Source of the DNA: Histomonas meleagridis 2922-C6/04-290x
Taxonomy: Eukaryota; Protista; Parabasalia
DNA: 64,000 bases
Assembly: GCA_020184695.1 (NCBI GenBank)
Contig: JAANOX010000019.1
Location: forward strand, 185,472-249,471
Reading direction: 5' to 3'
Position 1 is the stretch's first letter. Each line of letters begins with the position of its first letter. Positions 10,784 to 22,633 of this stretch are shown here, piece after piece. Below the pieces are notes generated by a model. That model did no database searches, was not told where the DNA came from, and worked only from the letters and a program-made list of their open reading frames with translations. Both the position numbers and the translations under genes were made by a program.

Positions 10784-12170
10784 ATATTTATTTAAAATTT
10801 CATTAATTTTTTTGAAAAAACTTTTTTCTGGGCATCAAAGAAGAATCATAAGCAATTAATAAAATATCTTTTAAAACAAGGAATTAATATTAATACTAGA
10901 GATAATAATGATATTTCAAAATGTCATGTGGAAATCATTTAATTTATTTCAAACAGCACTACTTTTTGCGCTTTATCATGGTCATGTAGAAATAATTAAA
11001 TTCCTTCTTGAACAAGATGGGATTGATATTAATTCAAAAGATATATTTTTGTTTTATTTGATATTTATTTAAATAATTTTTGATTTCTTATATATATTTG
11101 GAAATTATTTAAATTATTTAATACAGCACTTATATTAGCATCTAAAAATGGTAATACAGAAATAGTCAAATTACTTCTTGAACAAAAAGGAATTGATATT
11201 AATGCTAAAGATATTTATTTGTTTTATTTAAAATTTATTTTAATAATTTGATATTTCAAAATAATATTTGGAAATTATTTAAATTATTTGCAACAGCACT
11301 TATAAAAGCATCTGAAAATGGTAACACAGAAATAGTTAAGTTACTTCTTGAACAAGAAGGAATTGATATTAATGCTAAAAATATTTATTTGTTTTATTTA
11401 AAATTTATTTTAATTATTTTATATTTCAAAATAATGTTTGAAACTTATTTAAATTATTTAATACGGCACTTATATTAGCATCTGCAAAATGTCATACAGA
11501 AATATTAAAATTACTTCTTGAACAAGAAGGAATTGATATTAATGCTCAAAATATTTATTTGTTTTATTTAAAATTTATTTTAATAAATTTATATTTCAAA
11601 ATAATATTTGGAAATTATTTAAATGATTTATAACAGCACTTATGTCTGCATCTCATCATCGTTATACAGAAGTTGTTAAATTACTTCTTGAACATGAAGG
11701 AATTGATATTAATGCTAAAGATATTTATTTGTTTTATTTAATAATTATTTTAATAATTCGATGTTTAAAAATAATATTTGGAAATTATTTAAATTATTTA
11801 ATACAGCACTTATTTTAGTATCTTGTTATACTAAAGTTCAACCGTTTTTAAGAAAAAAAGGTGTCACCTATCGTGTTAAAGATATTTTTTTTGTATTATT
11901 GTTTAATAATTTTATATTTTAATCTATTATTTGTGAATTATTTGAAAGAGCACTTTTGAAAGCATCTCAAAATGGTCATATAGAAATAGTTAAATTGCTT
12001 CTTGAACAAGAAGGAATTGATATTAATGCTCAAAATATTAATTTGTTTTATTTAAAATTTATTTTGATAATTCGATGCTTTAAAATAATATTTGGAAATT
12101 ATTTAAATTATTTAAAACAGCATATATTATAGCATCTGAAAATGGTCATACGGAAATAGTTAAATTACTT
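10757..12170 (+). repeat. array of 9 single-ankyrin-repeat cassettes separated by AT-rich spacers (170-nt period)
   Basis: Cassettes start at 10820, 10953, 11123, 11293, 11463, 11633, 11803, 11947 and 12117. Spacers are 63, 49, 80, 80, 80, 80, 80, 63 and 80 nt. Confidence 0.9.
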
Positions 12171-12370
12171 AAAGGTAGTTATACACCAAATGGCTTCAAT
12201 CATGTCCACAAAGAAGTGCATCATCCAAGGACTCAAATTCCATCAATTTGAAAACCAAATTTATCGATGCTTTTGGGTGTTCTCAATATAATTGAATTGT
12301 AACGATGATATTGCACACAAAACAAGAGTACGTTTATTAATTAAAAACGTTAAACTTGCCTGGGAATTAA

Positions 12371-15300
12371 ATGTGGAAATCAACAAATTTTTTCCAGACA
12401 ATGTTCGAGATATATCAACAAGGTAACGAAAATGATCGGAGGTTAGTAATATTGTCACTTGTAAAATTTCATAAACCAGATTTATTAATTAAATTTTACG
12501 TTGCAAAAGGATCTCCACATATACTTCCTAGAAATGTTGCTCATGAAATAATGTCAATTGTTACGAGTTTCTGTCAGGAATGCGATTATACGATTGAGCA
12601 AGATACGTTATTAGAAATTATTGATTATCTAACTAAAATAATCAGCGGGAAACAAGACCCAAAAATGTTTTTAAAAATGCACAACTTTTTTATCAAAATA
12701 TTTGATAATCAACATCAATATGATTTATCGTTAATGTTTAAACAACTTCAAACAATTTCACTTTTACCTCTTACATATTTTTCTATATTATATAATTACG
12801 AAGTTAACAAAGTCTGGGATTTTATTGTCAAAAAGGCAAATTCATATCTCAATTCTAAAGATTCTTCAATTTGGGCTCAATCAACACTTTTTATTTTAAT
12901 GCATCCAACAGATATATCATATGACTTCCTAAATATTTCAACTCTTTCTAATTTATCTCTTCAATGTAAAAAATTGTCATTATATTTCAGAGCAAAATTA
13001 ATGAATGAATATATAAAAATAACATCACCAACAAATGCACTTCAAATAGTTAAGACACATTTTCCAAATATTGCTAAAAGTATTTCTAATTTAGATACCA
13101 TTAATGATCTTGTTAGTCTTTTAGATGTATCAATAAATATTATAACAATTATACAAAGAAATAATATATTTCTAATTACTATTGATGAAATTATTGAATA
13201 TGTTTTTGTTTATATACTTTCACATTTTAGAAAATCTAAAAAATTCGAAAAGTCATTAATTACATTTTGTAATTTAATTGATAAAAATGTTCTTATTAAA
13301 TATTTATATAAAAATATTGATATTATTTCAACAAATGCACAAAAAATTTTATTGTCAATGTATCCAATCGAAAATGAAATGCAAAGGATATTTCTCGAAC
13401 CAATTGATGAAGATTCCTTAATACTTTTTGCTGAAAATCATCCAAATGTAGCAATTAATTTTTTGGTTAATATAATTTCATTTTTAAGTATTTCAAAACT
13501 AAATTTAATTTTGAAATATTATGAAATTAATAAAAATATATTTTGTGCTAAAATTATACATTACTTTTCGGTAACTGAAGATTACGAAAAAACGCTTTTT
13601 ATATCGAAATTATTTTTAAATTTGGAGAAAATTCCATTAATTGCTACAGAAGATATCGATATGGCTTTTCTTTCAATTTCGTTGATGTTCTCTCAAAATT
13701 CAAAGGACAAAGAAATAATGTATTCAATTCTTGATTATTTACAACAATGCAAAAAATATTCTGAATACAAAGCTAAAAAAGATTATTTATTATCAACTGA
13801 AGCTAATCCAATAATGTCACCAAAGTCAAAGCGAAGACTATCTGATACTGAAAACTTACAAAGTATTATAAAAAGTGAACGGAAAAGAAGAAACTCGATG
13901 CGCGAATCATTAATTCCACCATCGCCAAGTAAAACATATACTAAACATTCAAATACACAAGACATTAGTAATTCTTCTTTTGTTACACCTAAAAAGAAAC
14001 GGAAAAACAAAAAATCAAATAACTTAAATGAACATTTATTTGAACGAAATAACATTAAAACAACGAAATTTGATATATTTACAATAAAATATTTTATCGA
14101 TTCTATTGATTCATGGGATGAAACACTTCTTTCATTAATATTTGATAAAATAGAGAAAGAAGAAATTAATTATGGAACATTAATTGGATTAGTATCATTT
14201 GATATATCACTTTGGTTTCAATGTATTCCATATTTATCAACAAATTCGAAAGTTATTACATTATATTTATCGAATACTTTATCAATTGATATTAGTTTTA
14301 TCTCGTTACTTCTTAATTATGTTTTATCAAATACAATGATGAAAAAGCAAAGAATTTATACATTATTAAATGCATTAAATAATTTAAGTTGTTTGGATGA
14401 AATACCAATTACATTAATTGATTTTTTTATTCTCGCTTTAGAAACTTATCCAACATTAACTTGTAATGCAATTACATCTTCTTTTTCTTTATATAAAGAA
14501 AAAATCGATTTAATTCAATTACATAAATCAATAATTAAAAATTATAAATCATGTGATTCATTAATTTTAATCAAAGCAATTGTTTCTACATTAAGAATCT
14601 CATTAAAAATAACACAAAAAATTGCAGAAGAATATTCGATGATTTTTACAAATAATTTACCAATCGAAAAAACATATTTTGAAGATATATTTCTTTCGGA
14701 TTCATTTAAAGAATATACAATAAAAATATTTTGTAAAGATTTAAAGTTAATTCTTTTTACGACATATCAATCAATTAATGGATATATATCATTAAAATCT
14801 TCAATTGAGTTAATTGGATTTCATAAATCTTTTTTAGCAATTGTAATTTTAAATTCACGATCTAAAAACCAAAAGATTCAAAACATTTGTTTAGATATTT
14901 TACATATAAATAATAAGAATGAAACTTTACGTAATTTATTTAATCGAATTGTAACAAAAATTAATCCAAAAAATACAAATGAAATATTTCAAGAATTATT
15001 TGATAATTTACATGAAAATGATTCAACACAAATGAAATGTCTTTTTGTATTTTTCGAACAATATTCAAATAAATATCCATTAAATATATTAAACGCAAAA
15101 ACACCAATTATTCCTTATATTATTAATTTATATTATTCATTAAAAGGTGTTAAAAAACAAATTCTTATAAACGTTTTAATATATTTAGCGAAAACTGATA
15201 TCGTAACTTTTTTCACATTATTAATATATGCAAAACAATCATTACTTGTTTCATTATTAGTCGAGAAACTTACAAAATTAAATGAAACTAAAGAACAAGT

Positions 15301-16462
15301 TTTTAATTGTGCAATTAATGAGTTTTTTCAATTGCTGACTGATAATATACAATCACAGTTTTGTTTATTGATTTTGTCTGCTTATATTAAAAATAATGAA
15401 ATTGATTATGAGAAATTTACTTTAATTATTTTTGTGTTGATTTTGTGTATTTCTAATTCGTTTCAAAATGAATTAGTAAATATAAATTTGATTAAAAATG
15501 TGTTACAACTTTTAGAAAATAAATTGTGTTATCCATTAACTCCTAATAAAGATGATAATATCGATGAATTTTATCAGAAAATTGCGAAAATAATTGAGTT
15601 CTTACCTGAGAAATGTGTTTTAAAATTAATCTCTGAGTTAAATATGATGAAAGATACAATTCATCAAAATAATTTAATTATTTTTTCTGCTTATGTACTT
15701 TCTTATATTTCATATGATTCGAAGTTTTCCGAATCTTTTATAAAATTTTATCTTTTAGGAAATGGAGTAATGTTTCATATTGCTAAAAAACATTTTTCTT
15801 ATGAATTCTTTAAAAGAAATCAACTTAATACAAACATACAAAAAATTATACAAATTGGGAAAGTTTATAATTCTTTCGAAATTTTAAGTTCAGCTCTTTT
15901 GTTTTATGATATTTATGAGCCATTTATGAAATCTTTTTTAAGTTTCGATAAAAATGAGATTAAAAATATTTATTTCATTCAATGTGTTGCTAAAATTGTG
16001 AAACTTAAAAATGGTTCATTCGAATTAATTTCACTTTTATTTTTATCAATATTCGAATTCCAAAATGAAATAATAAAAATTTTGGAAAAATTTGTCATTG
16101 AAAAAAATGAAAATGTTTTTGATTCTTTATTAAGTTATATCATCCAAAATAAATTCGATCCTTTGTCTAAATATAATTCTATTGTCGAAAATTGTTTAAA
16201 TCATTTTGAAACATTTGATATAATTGATTTTAATTCGTTATATGTTATGTTCCAAATTATAAATCCAATTTTTCAGATTAAGAATAATGAATGTGTAAAA
16301 TTGGTAAATCGGTTTTTTAATGTGATAAAAGATAAAGAAATGAATGAAAATGCTAAAGAAATGCAATCTATAATATGCGAACAATATGATAATGGAAATA
16401 TAATTTCTTTATCTGATTTAGATAAAAAAGATGTAGGTGATAACTTTTATGATTTCATATAA
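12371..16462 (+). CDS. large hypothetical protein (HEAT/ARM-like) with a central basic Ser/Pro-rich insert
   Basis: 1363-aa ORF in very AT-rich DNA, with central SPKSKRRLS...TPKKKRKNKK. No family was recognised. Confidence 0.65.
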   Translation: MWKSTNFFQTMFEIYQQGNENDRRLVILSLVKFHKPDLLIKFYVAKGSPHILPRNVAHEIMSIVTSFCQECDYTIEQDTLLEIIDYLTKIISGKQDPKMFLKMHNFFIKIFDNQHQYDLSLMFKQLQTISLLPLTYFSILYNYEVNKVWDFIVKKANSYLNSKDSSIWAQSTLFILMHPTDISYDFLNISTLSNLSLQCKKLSLYFRAKLMNEYIKITSPTNALQIVKTHFPNIAKSISNLDTINDLVSLLDVSINIITIIQRNNIFLITIDEIIEYVFVYILSHFRKSKKFEKSLITFCNLIDKNVLIKYLYKNIDIISTNAQKILLSMYPIENEMQRIFLEPIDEDSLILFAENHPNVAINFLVNIISFLSISKLNLILKYYEINKNIFCAKIIHYFSVTEDYEKTLFISKLFLNLEKIPLIATEDIDMAFLSISLMFSQNSKDKEIMYSILDYLQQCKKYSEYKAKKDYLLSTEANPIMSPKSKRRLSDTENLQSIIKSERKRRNSMRESLIPPSPSKTYTKHSNTQDISNSSFVTPKKKRKNKKSNNLNEHLFERNNIKTTKFDIFTIKYFIDSIDSWDETLLSLIFDKIEKEEINYGTLIGLVSFDISLWFQCIPYLSTNSKVITLYLSNTLSIDISFISLLLNYVLSNTMMKKQRIYTLLNALNNLSCLDEIPITLIDFFILALETYPTLTCNAITSSFSLYKEKIDLIQLHKSIIKNYKSCDSLILIKAIVSTLRISLKITQKIAEEYSMIFTNNLPIEKTYFEDIFLSDSFKEYTIKIFCKDLKLILFTTYQSINGYISLKSSIELIGFHKSFLAIVILNSRSKNQKIQNICLDILHINNKNETLRNLFNRIVTKINPKNTNEIFQELFDNLHENDSTQMKCLFVFFEQYSNKYPLNILNAKTPIIPYIINLYYSLKGVKKQILINVLIYLAKTDIVTFFTLLIYAKQSLLVSLLVEKLTKLNETKEQVFNCAINEFFQLLTDNIQSQFCLLILSAYIKNNEIDYEKFTLIIFVLILCISNSFQNELVNINLIKNVLQLLENKLCYPLTPNKDDNIDEFYQKIAKIIEFLPEKCVLKLISELNMMKDTIHQNNLIIFSAYVLSYISYDSKFSESFIKFYLLGNGVMFHIAKKHFSYEFFKRNQLNTNIQKIIQIGKVYNSFEILSSALLFYDIYEPFMKSFLSFDKNEIKNIYFIQCVAKIVKLKNGSFELISLLFLSIFEFQNEIIKILEKFVIEKNENVFDSLLSYIIQNKFDPLSKYNSIVENCLNHFETFDIIDFNSLYVMFQIINPIFQIKNNECVKLVNRFFNVIKDKEMNENAKEMQSIICEQYDNGNIISLSDLDKKDVGDNFYDFI

Positions 16463-17925
16463 ATAAAATATTTGTTAATATTAATTCCTTTTTTATACAT
16501 CAATAATTTCTCACTGGATATAGGGTGTGTCACGAGGTTTTTTTGTGTTTTGGACAAAATGCGTATTGTGCAAATAGAAATCATGAACGGTACCGTTTTT
16601 TACAATAACTTTTGCATACAAATCTTTTAAATTTACAAGATCAAGTACATTTACAATTTCTTTTCCATTTGATATAATATTAACAAAGTCAATTATTTTT
16701 TATAGTTCATATTCAATCACAGCTACAATTATTCAAAAAACAATTTATTTAGATACTATTATAATTATAACGTTATATTCAATTCTGCAATTATAATTTT
16801 TATTCAAGTTTCTTTACATTAATTAATGTTATAATAGAACAAAATAACAGAAATAAGGATACAAATATAATAATCGTTATAGTAGTTTGTATTCTAATAT
16901 TAATAACGATTGTTATTACAACCGTTCATTTAATTCGCCACAATAAAAAATTCTAAAATGATGAGTTCGAGGAGAAGAAAGAGAGCTATTATTCAAAATG
17001 AAGTACTCAAACTGAGAAAATAAACAATACCTGGTCAATTTTTTGATTTTTATTAAATCCTTATCATTACTTGAACAAAAATCTGTTCTCAAATTGAAAA
17101 AAAAATATACAGATCGAAATGGAAATTTCGAAAATGAATCTCGACGAAGCTGTAAATTTTTCAACTGAGAAAAATTCCAATAAACGGTTTAAACAACCTC
17201 ATTGAATTGACGGAACATCAATACTCCAAGAGAGGCTTACCATATGTAGAAGCTGCATGTGTTTATCAGGAAACCCGAATGGCTGATTGCTGGATGCTCT
17301 AATTATTAGATAAAGTGCTCATAATGCGCGGAATATCGGAAAAAATCACGAAAATTTCACGGAAGAATTTATGACAGCGGTTACAATTCTCAAAAAGTTA
17401 TTTTACAACCATTCAATTAGACTTGTTGTTTTGTGGCAATTGACAAAGTCTGTTTCAGTTTGCATTGTTTTCAATCTTGGAGAATATCAGTTTATTTTTC
17501 TTTTGATCTTTATTTTAATGTTCGGTCATTTCTCACTAGTTACAATGCAGACAGCAATCAAGATTGGCTTTTATATGCTAACATCCAATTTTAATCATTA
17601 TCTTGAAAATAGAAATCTAATTCTCTATGCTTTTCGTCACATTATTTGGTTTGATAACTCCATGAAAAATTACTTTATGAAGAATCACATCAAGGCTTTT
17701 ATTTATCATGATTCAAGTGAAATATCTCTTTTTCTTTCTATATATAATTATTGCTATAATATTGCTTCCAACAAATTGATTGGCTATTTCAAGCAAGCGA
17801 TCGAATATTTATCTTTTTTATATTTGTTTATTCTTCTTTCTTTTTTGCAAGTAAAAACAAAATTACTTAAACTAATGAAATCATTGTATTTTAATGATAT
17901 TTATTTTTCAGTAAAAATTAAATTG

Positions 17926-19710
17926 ATGAATATAAGGAGAATAAAGAAAATAAATCTCAAATTCATTTTAGTAATATTTATTCTCTTTTTCTATCATTCA
18001 CGACAAAGCTTTAATGCTCAAACAAGTACATTAACTATAACTAGTTCTGAAGAATTTGTAAATTCCGGTGATTACAAAAGTAATACAGAATATTTAATCA
18101 TTTCGAATGGAATCGATGAAATTCCAAGTCGAGCATTTTATGCATGGACGGGACTACTGACTGCTGAAATTGATAACTCAGTAAAGACCATTGGAGAAAG
18201 TGCATTTTCTATGTGCACTAGTTTAAAAGAAGTTTCGTTTGGTGAAGGTATAATAACTATTGGGGATTTTGCATTTCAAACTTGTTTTTCATTAAATAAT
18301 GTAATTTTGAAAAGCCCGATAACATCAATTGGGCAAAATGTATTCGCTGGATGTCTAAAACTTACGTCTGTTATTTTTGAAAAAGGCGTTCAGGCAATTG
18401 GAGGTTTTATGTTTCAACAATGTATTTTTAAAGATATTACAATTCCAAGTACAGTTTCTTCCATATCAACGAATCCATTTTTTAACTGTGGAAACCTTCA
18501 ATATATAAAAATTTCGGAAGAAAATCCATTTTATTCTAATTATCAGAATGATGGCGTTGTATATGATAAAAATATTACAAAAATTATTAGTTATCCAGTT
18601 GGAAATACCACTGAAACATTTGAAATTCCAGATTCAGTAACTTCAATTGAACCATATGCATTATCTTCAGGCGTTAATTTGTTCTCAATTTCATTTGGGA
18701 ATAATTTAAATATAATTAAAAATCATGCACTCCAATATTGCTCATTTGTAAGTGTCACAATTCCAAACACTGTAACAGAAATTGAAACATTTGGTTTTTA
18801 TACTTGTAGTAAATTAGAAACAATTATAATTAGTGAAAATGTGAAAGTTATTGGTATCGGTGCATTAGCATATTGCTCTTCACTTAAATGTATTTATTTT
18901 TATGGAGTAAATTCTCCAAGTTTTGGTGGAGATTGTTTTAAAAATTCTTTAACACCGTCTGTTATGGTGTATAAAACATATCTAGATGAATCTTTCGAAA
19001 ATTTAAATGTAACCACAGAAACATTAGATGGATGCCAATCAATGCCAACACTAACATTTACGAAGTCAAATTCATTTTCTCAATCAAATTCATATACTGG
19101 ATCCAATACACTTACCAAATCAAATACATTTACAAGATCGAATACACTTACAAAATCTAACACATTTACAAGATTGAATTCACTTACCAAATCAAATACA
19201 TTTTCAGGACCAGTTACAGTTTACCCTCACAGTATATTTTCATCTTATATAACTATTACTCATTCAATTATTGTATCATTATCATTTACACAAACATTAA
19301 GTATTTATAGTTCATATTTAAATTCATTTATTATATCAAATATTAATTCAACATTTACATATGTTCCAACATTAATTATATTTTATGATTATACAGTTAT
19401 TTTTTATACGCAATATTTCGAATTTTATTCTGATTTTTATATTTATAATGAAAATAATGAATCAAAAAATGATAATAAAACATATATTTATATTATCATT
19501 GGCGTTTTAATTGGAGTAATTATTATTGTGTAATTACTTATTATATTGTTAGTTCGTATTAAACATAATAAGCAAAAAAGTGAAGAAGAATCAAAAGACA
19601 TTGAAGAAAAAGAAACAAATAATTTTTCAATTGAATATCTGAAAAATGTTGAGGAAGAAGATCCATTTGCAAAAGATTTCAAAGAAAACGATTTTGTTGT
19701 TCGTTTATGA
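17926..19710 (+). CDS. BspA-like (TpLRR/LRR_5) surface protein interrupted by an in-frame TAA at 19531-19533
   Basis: Signal-like N-terminus from ATG 17926, TpLRR repeats (IGESAFSMCTSLKEVSF), FTxSNT repeats and a TM segment. The same frame continues after the TAA into a DPFAKDFKE tail ending at TGA 19710. Confidence 0.8.
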
Positions 19711-20091
19711 AATTAAAAATATTTATAAATAAATAAAAACGATTTACAATGTTCATTAATATGAATAGAAAATAAAAAAATTAATTGATAACAATCAAAT
19801 TTCAAAGAAAATTATGATTTATATATTATTATCAATTGATAAAAAGCATTACAACAGATTTACTGTTAAATTAATTCAGCATAAAACTTATAATTTTTAT
19901 AAACTGGTGAAAAAAATCGGTAGTATCAGTTCCACTTTTTGAACGTGATTCTATCAAAACCGATCAAAAATGCTTCAAATTTTTTACAACCAGTTTATTT
20001 CATATAAATTAAACAATTTTTCACATGTTTTGAAGTATTCATTCGATTATTTAAAATAAAACAATAAAAATATATAAATAACAAACATTTT

Positions 20092-22218
20092 TTACATATA
20101 AATCATTTCTTCGAATTTCTCTTCGGGGTACCCCCAATTCGGCTTATCGTTTTGACTTAACTCGTCTGATGTTCCCTTCAGCATCATATCATTTAGGTAC
20201 TTACCGAAGTCATTACCAGTAAAAGGCGAATTCAATGACGGATGCGGCTGATGTAATATATGATAAGGTATATAATTCACGAAGAACCCTGGAGCTATTT
20301 TATAAAATTTGAAGTGGAAGAAGTGGTCAGGATTATAGTTGTAGCACACCTCATGGAACGCATTTATCGCATCGGCCATCTTTGCTGAAGTAAGCATAAA
20401 GTCACCAGGCCCATCTCTGCATAAAATGCCGTTCGGAGAATCGTTCATATGACGAACAAACCGAAAATTGCCATCAAAACGTTCGATAAAGTCTAAGAAC
20501 ATCTTACGCGTGAGACGCCAAGGCTCTTCCATGAATTGAAGAGCATGCTCAAAGCCAAACGACTTAATGATGGCTTCAGTAAGTTTTAAGCGTGATGCTA
20601 AATAAAGGATGGCATCATTAAACGGATGGCTCATCAATGATTCAATAAATTGAAATGAAAGAATACTGTCGGGATTAACAGTAACTATGTATTTGCCTTG
20701 GCAACGTCTCATGGCAATATTTTTGGCAACAAATTCAAGAAACGTAGAATTATGAAAACAAAGATCTTTTGATATACGTTGATGGAAAGAAGAAGGGATA
20801 ATGACACTTCGAACTTTCCCTTTAAGTAAACTACTATAATTAAAAGTTTTGTATAAAGGTCCTTCAGAAGGTTTTGTATTATAATCAGCAATCATAACAT
20901 CAAAATCTGAGAGGGGACAAAGCTCTCGAGCTTTGCCAAGTCTATTTAAGAAGTTTTGGGCACGTTCTTTAAATCCGCCATAATTGTCATTTCGACCAGT
21001 AAAGATGATGGTTAGATACGGTTTTTCTGGCACTTTTTCTATGTAATCATTAAACGTACTCTTTATCATTGAATTTATTTCGCCATCAAACACAACTTCG
21101 TCTTTGGGGAGTTCGACATGTTTAAACTTATGGGATGATTGGACGAATGTGAACTTACAATCAGGAACTGCTACTTTAAGTGCGTCTTCAATTTTCATTG
21201 TTGATTTACCTTTGAGAACAACACGACCAGGAGAAAAATTGTTGAGAAGAGAAACAATGTATTGAGCAGCTTCATCAGCTGTTATAGAATGAACGTCATA
21301 ACCAGGAATAATTTCGACGTGTGATTTCCCAATTCTTCGACATTCACGAGTAGATCTAAGAAGGATATTATACATATCACGAGGTTCTTTGTTATCAATT
21401 ATATGTGGTAAATAAACAAGTTTTGCTCCATGACATAAACTAACATCACTATATTCATTGAAGTATGGTGGTGATACAACAAAGATCACTGGGACACCCC
21501 GATCGTGGAATACGTTAAAGAAACCGTTTGTATAATTTTGAACAATTTCACCAATGAATGATGCGCCATCTGTTGCAGAGAAGTGATAAAGAGGAGGTTG
21601 GTAGACAAGGAAGACAGATGTTAGTGTGATGTTTTCAAATAAGATTGGAATGTCTTGTGATGAAAAGTCAATGTCAAGAAAGCCTTTAATCTTGATGACT
21701 TCTTGTCCATTTGATTGAAGAAGTTTGGATATAGAAGAGCCAACAGCCGAATTGGTGCCTACAACAACAGCTTTGGGATTGGAAAATGTGGGTGAATATG
21801 GATCAAGACCAATATAACGAACACTTTCAAAAGATAATTCATTTCTATTTATGACGTATTCTTTGGTTTTGTCATTTGCACTTTGGATCAATTCACGATA
21901 TTTAAAAAGTTTGTTTTCTTCTTTTTCTTCTTTTGCAGGAAAAATAACTTCATACCATTTTTCGAATTTATTTTTAGAAACATGAGATACTTTTGTCTGA
22001 TTTTGAATAACAGGAGGTGATTCTATGTTTGTTTCACTTTTAATACTAGCTGTTAGGGTTTGTTTTTTTTCTCTATAAATTATGACAAGATATGTTCCTA
22101 AAACAATAAAAACGAATGCAAGAAAATAACACAGTGGCAACCCACGGACAAACTTCTTTTTTTCTTCGGTTTCAAAAGCTTGTGGAATTGTGTCCCGTTT
22201 GTCCTTGATCTTCAACAT
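20092..22218 (-). CDS. type II membrane protein: Rossmann/epimerase-like domain fused to a GT-A glycosyltransferase-like domain
   Basis: TM segment LCYFLAFVFIVLGTYLVIIY, AVVVGTNSAVGSSI (GxxxxxG-like), and KPYLTIIFTGRNDNYGG...YIVTVNPDSIL. ATG 22218 has a TCACT Inr just upstream. Confidence 0.6.
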   Translation of the reverse strand: MLKIKDKRDTIPQAFETEEKKKFVRGLPLCYFLAFVFIVLGTYLVIIYREKKQTLTASIKSETNIESPPVIQNQTKVSHVSKNKFEKWYEVIFPAKEEKEENKLFKYRELIQSANDKTKEYVINRNELSFESVRYIGLDPYSPTFSNPKAVVVGTNSAVGSSISKLLQSNGQEVIKIKGFLDIDFSSQDIPILFENITLTSVFLVYQPPLYHFSATDGASFIGEIVQNYTNGFFNVFHDRGVPVIFVVSPPYFNEYSDVSLCHGAKLVYLPHIIDNKEPRDMYNILLRSTRECRRIGKSHVEIIPGYDVHSITADEAAQYIVSLLNNFSPGRVVLKGKSTMKIEDALKVAVPDCKFTFVQSSHKFKHVELPKDEVVFDGEINSMIKSTFNDYIEKVPEKPYLTIIFTGRNDNYGGFKERAQNFLNRLGKARELCPLSDFDVMIADYNTKPSEGPLYKTFNYSSLLKGKVRSVIIPSSFHQRISKDLCFHNSTFLEFVAKNIAMRRCQGKYIVTVNPDSILSFQFIESLMSHPFNDAILYLASRLKLTEAIIKSFGFEHALQFMEEPWRLTRKMFLDFIERFDGNFRFVRHMNDSPNGILCRDGPGDFMLTSAKMADAINAFHEVCYNYNPDHFFHFKFYKIAPGFFVNYIPYHILHQPHPSLNSPFTGNDFGKYLNDMMLKGTSDELSQNDKPNWGYPEEKFEEMIYM

Positions 22219-22227
22219 AAATATAAA

Positions 22228-22232
22228 AGTGA
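22228..22232 (-). promoter_or_regulatory. trichomonad initiator (Inr) element TCACT
   Basis: The minus strand reads TCACTTTTATATTTATG, matching the TCA(C/T)(T/A) Inr a few nt upstream of the ATG. Confidence 0.55.
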
Positions 22233-22633
22233 CATCAGAATAAACGGCTTCCAAAAACAATTGGCCAAAATGTAAACGTTCATGAATTTTATTCTGTTCA
22301 TATCTCAATGGAAGCTAAAAATAAAGACCTTATTCAGAAATCAAATGAACGCCCTCGTGTAAGTCGTTTCAATTAATAGAAAACCAAATTTTAATACATT
22401 CCAATAATTTAAAAAAAATTAAATTTTCATGGAAAGATTTGAGTCCTTTTATCAAAAATAATAACATTACTCAAGTATTACGTTTTCTTTAAGATATATA
22501 ATTTTATTGAATAAGTTGGCATCATCAGTTTTAAATTTCTAATATCAACAAATTGGTAGGGGAAAGTACCAATCATTTATTTATCATTCCCAATTTAGGA
22601 AAAAAAAAATATTATTGAACTAGACGGACAAAA

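Noticed and set aside
11043-11292. Canonical GT-AG or U12 AT-AC introns in the spacers
   Set aside because: A GT at the spacer start occurs in only one degenerate copy (about 9070). Internal GT to ACAG and AT to AC joins are out of frame. No ATATCCTT or ACTAAC consensus.
16510-16620. TAGGGTGTGTCACGAG possible transposon terminus
   Set aside because: No matching inverted end or transposase found in the window.
19531-19533. Alternative genetic code (TAA=Gln)
   Set aside because: Conserved genes (RPL10A, PA200, BEACH) end at TAA at the expected positions and show no internal TAA/TAG.
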